From positions 402,876,001 to 402,940,000 of the forward strand of contig OZ024741.1 of the NCBI GenBank assembly GCA_964016885.1: a stretch of DNA of 64,000 nucleotides, read 5' to 3'. A program made the position numbers and the translations under genes. Shown in pieces: positions 62,701-64,000 of the stretch (positions are counted from its first letter, which is position 1; every line of letters starts with the position of its first letter). The notes beneath the pieces are model-generated. The model was given only the letters and a program-made list of their open reading frames with translations, searched no databases and was not told where the DNA came from. This stretch comes from Eledone cirrhosa (Eukaryota).

Positions 62701-64000
62701 TACAGTCCTGTGTGTGGTCTACCTGGTCATTTACAGTCCTGTGTGTGGTCTACCTGGTCATTTACAGTACAGTGTGTGGTCTACCTAGTCATTTACAGTC
62801 CTGTGTGTGGTCTACCTGGTCATTTACAGTACAGGGTGTGGTCTACCTGGTCATTTACATTACAGTGTCTGGTCTACCTGGTCATTTACAGTCCTGTGTG
62901 TGGTCTACCAGGTCATTTACAGTCCTGTGTGTGGTCTACCAGGTCATTTACATTACAGTGTGTGGTCTACCTGGTCATTTACAGTCCAGTGTGTGGTTTG
63001 CCTGGTCATTTACAGTACAGTGTGTGGTCTACCTGGTCATTTACAGTACAGTGTGTGGTCTACCTGGTCATTTACAGTACAGTGTGTGGTCTACCTGGTC
63101 ATTTACAGTACAGTGTGTGGTCTACCTGGTCATTTACAGTACAGTGTGTGGTTTGCCTGGTCATTTACAGTACAGTGTGTGGTCTACCTGGTCATTTACA
63201 GTACAGGGTGTGGTCTACCTGGTCATTTACAGTCCAGTGTGTGGTTTACCTGGTCATTTACAGTCCTATGTGTGGTCTACCTGGTCATTTACATTACAGT
63301 GTGTGGTCTACCTGGTCATTTACATTACAGTGTGTGGTCTACCTGGTCATTTACATTACAGTGTGTGGTCTACCTGGTCATTTACAGTCAGGTGTGTGGT
63401 CTACCTGGTCATTTACAGTACAGTGTGTGGTCTACCTGGTCATTTACAGTCCTGTGTATGGTCTACCTGGTTATTTACAGTCCTGTGTGTGGTCTACCTG
63501 GTCATTTACATTACAGTGTGTGGTCTACCTGGTCATTTACAGTCCTGTGTGTGGTCTACCAGGTCATTTACATTACAGTGTGTGGTCTACCTGGTCATTT
63601 ACAGTCCAGTGTGTGGTCTACCTGGTCATTTACAGGCCAGTGTGTGGTCTACCTGGTCATTTACAGTCCAGTGTGTGGTCTACCTGGTCATTTACATTAC
63701 AGTGTGTGGTCTACCTGGTTATTTACAGTCCTGTGTGTGGTCTACCAGGTCATTTACATTACAGTGTGTGGTCTACCTGGTCATTTACAGTCCAGTGTGT
63801 GGTCTACCTGGTCATTTACAGGCCAGTGTGTGGTCTACCTGGTCATTTACAGTCCAGTGTGTGGTCTACCTGGTCATTTACAGTACAGGGTGTGGTCTAC
63901 CTGGTCATTTACATTACAGTGTCTGGTCTACCTGGTCATTTACAGTCCTGTGTGTGGTCTACCTGGTCATTTACATTACAGTGTGTGGTCTACCTGGTCA
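23745..64000. repeat. 31-bp tandem satellite B, at least 40 kb (about 1300 units, runs off window end)
   Basis: Constant GTGTGTGGTCTACCTGGTCATTTACA plus a variable 5-mer (GTCCA/GTCCT/TTACA/GTACA/ATTCA). No interrupting insertions seen. Confidence 0.99.

Noticed and set aside
23699-62788. Huge plus-strand ORFs (up to 3748 aa) of VVYLVIYSPVCGLPGHLQSSVWSTWSFTVQC repeats
   Set aside because: The 31-bp consensus lacks stop triplets on + (it has TAA, TGA and TAG on -) and 31 is not divisible by 3, so all three frames give the same peptide. Variants such as CCTAG introduce stops freely. CGLPGHLQSC only superficially resembles a zinc knuckle.
23745-64000. CRISPR-like constant repeat plus variable spacer
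   Set aside because: The variable part is only 4-5 nt with a few recurring states. There are no unique spacers or cas genes, and the context is eukaryotic. The same applies to 1-1887.

Overview
Repeat-dominated eukaryotic (animal) genomic DNA. The SINE families and microsatellite style resemble octopus/cephalopod genomes; this is recognition from memory, not a database result. Bases 1-1887 and 23745-64000 are two different 31-bp tandem arrays that share a TGTGGTCYACCT core. The second runs at least 40 kb (about 1300 units) and has nested higher-order duplications. Between them lies a patchwork of tRNA-derived SINEs, truncated LINEs (R4/Dong-like in (AAT)n, RTE-like, CR1-like), four further minisatellites (51, 36, 55 and 61 bp units) and a 3.8 kb (GGT)n tract. 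Hidden in this are three, possibly four, short plus-strand exons with canonical splice sites and mutually compatible phases (9041-9138, 14441-14571, 19362-19500, perhaps 22401-22431). They suggest the region is intronic sequence of an unidentified protein-coding gene that the ORF track misses. A tRNA-Gln(CTG) gene lies on the minus strand at 19757-19828. Almost all long ORFs in the supplied track are repeat artefacts. No CRISPR array or prokaryotic system is supported.
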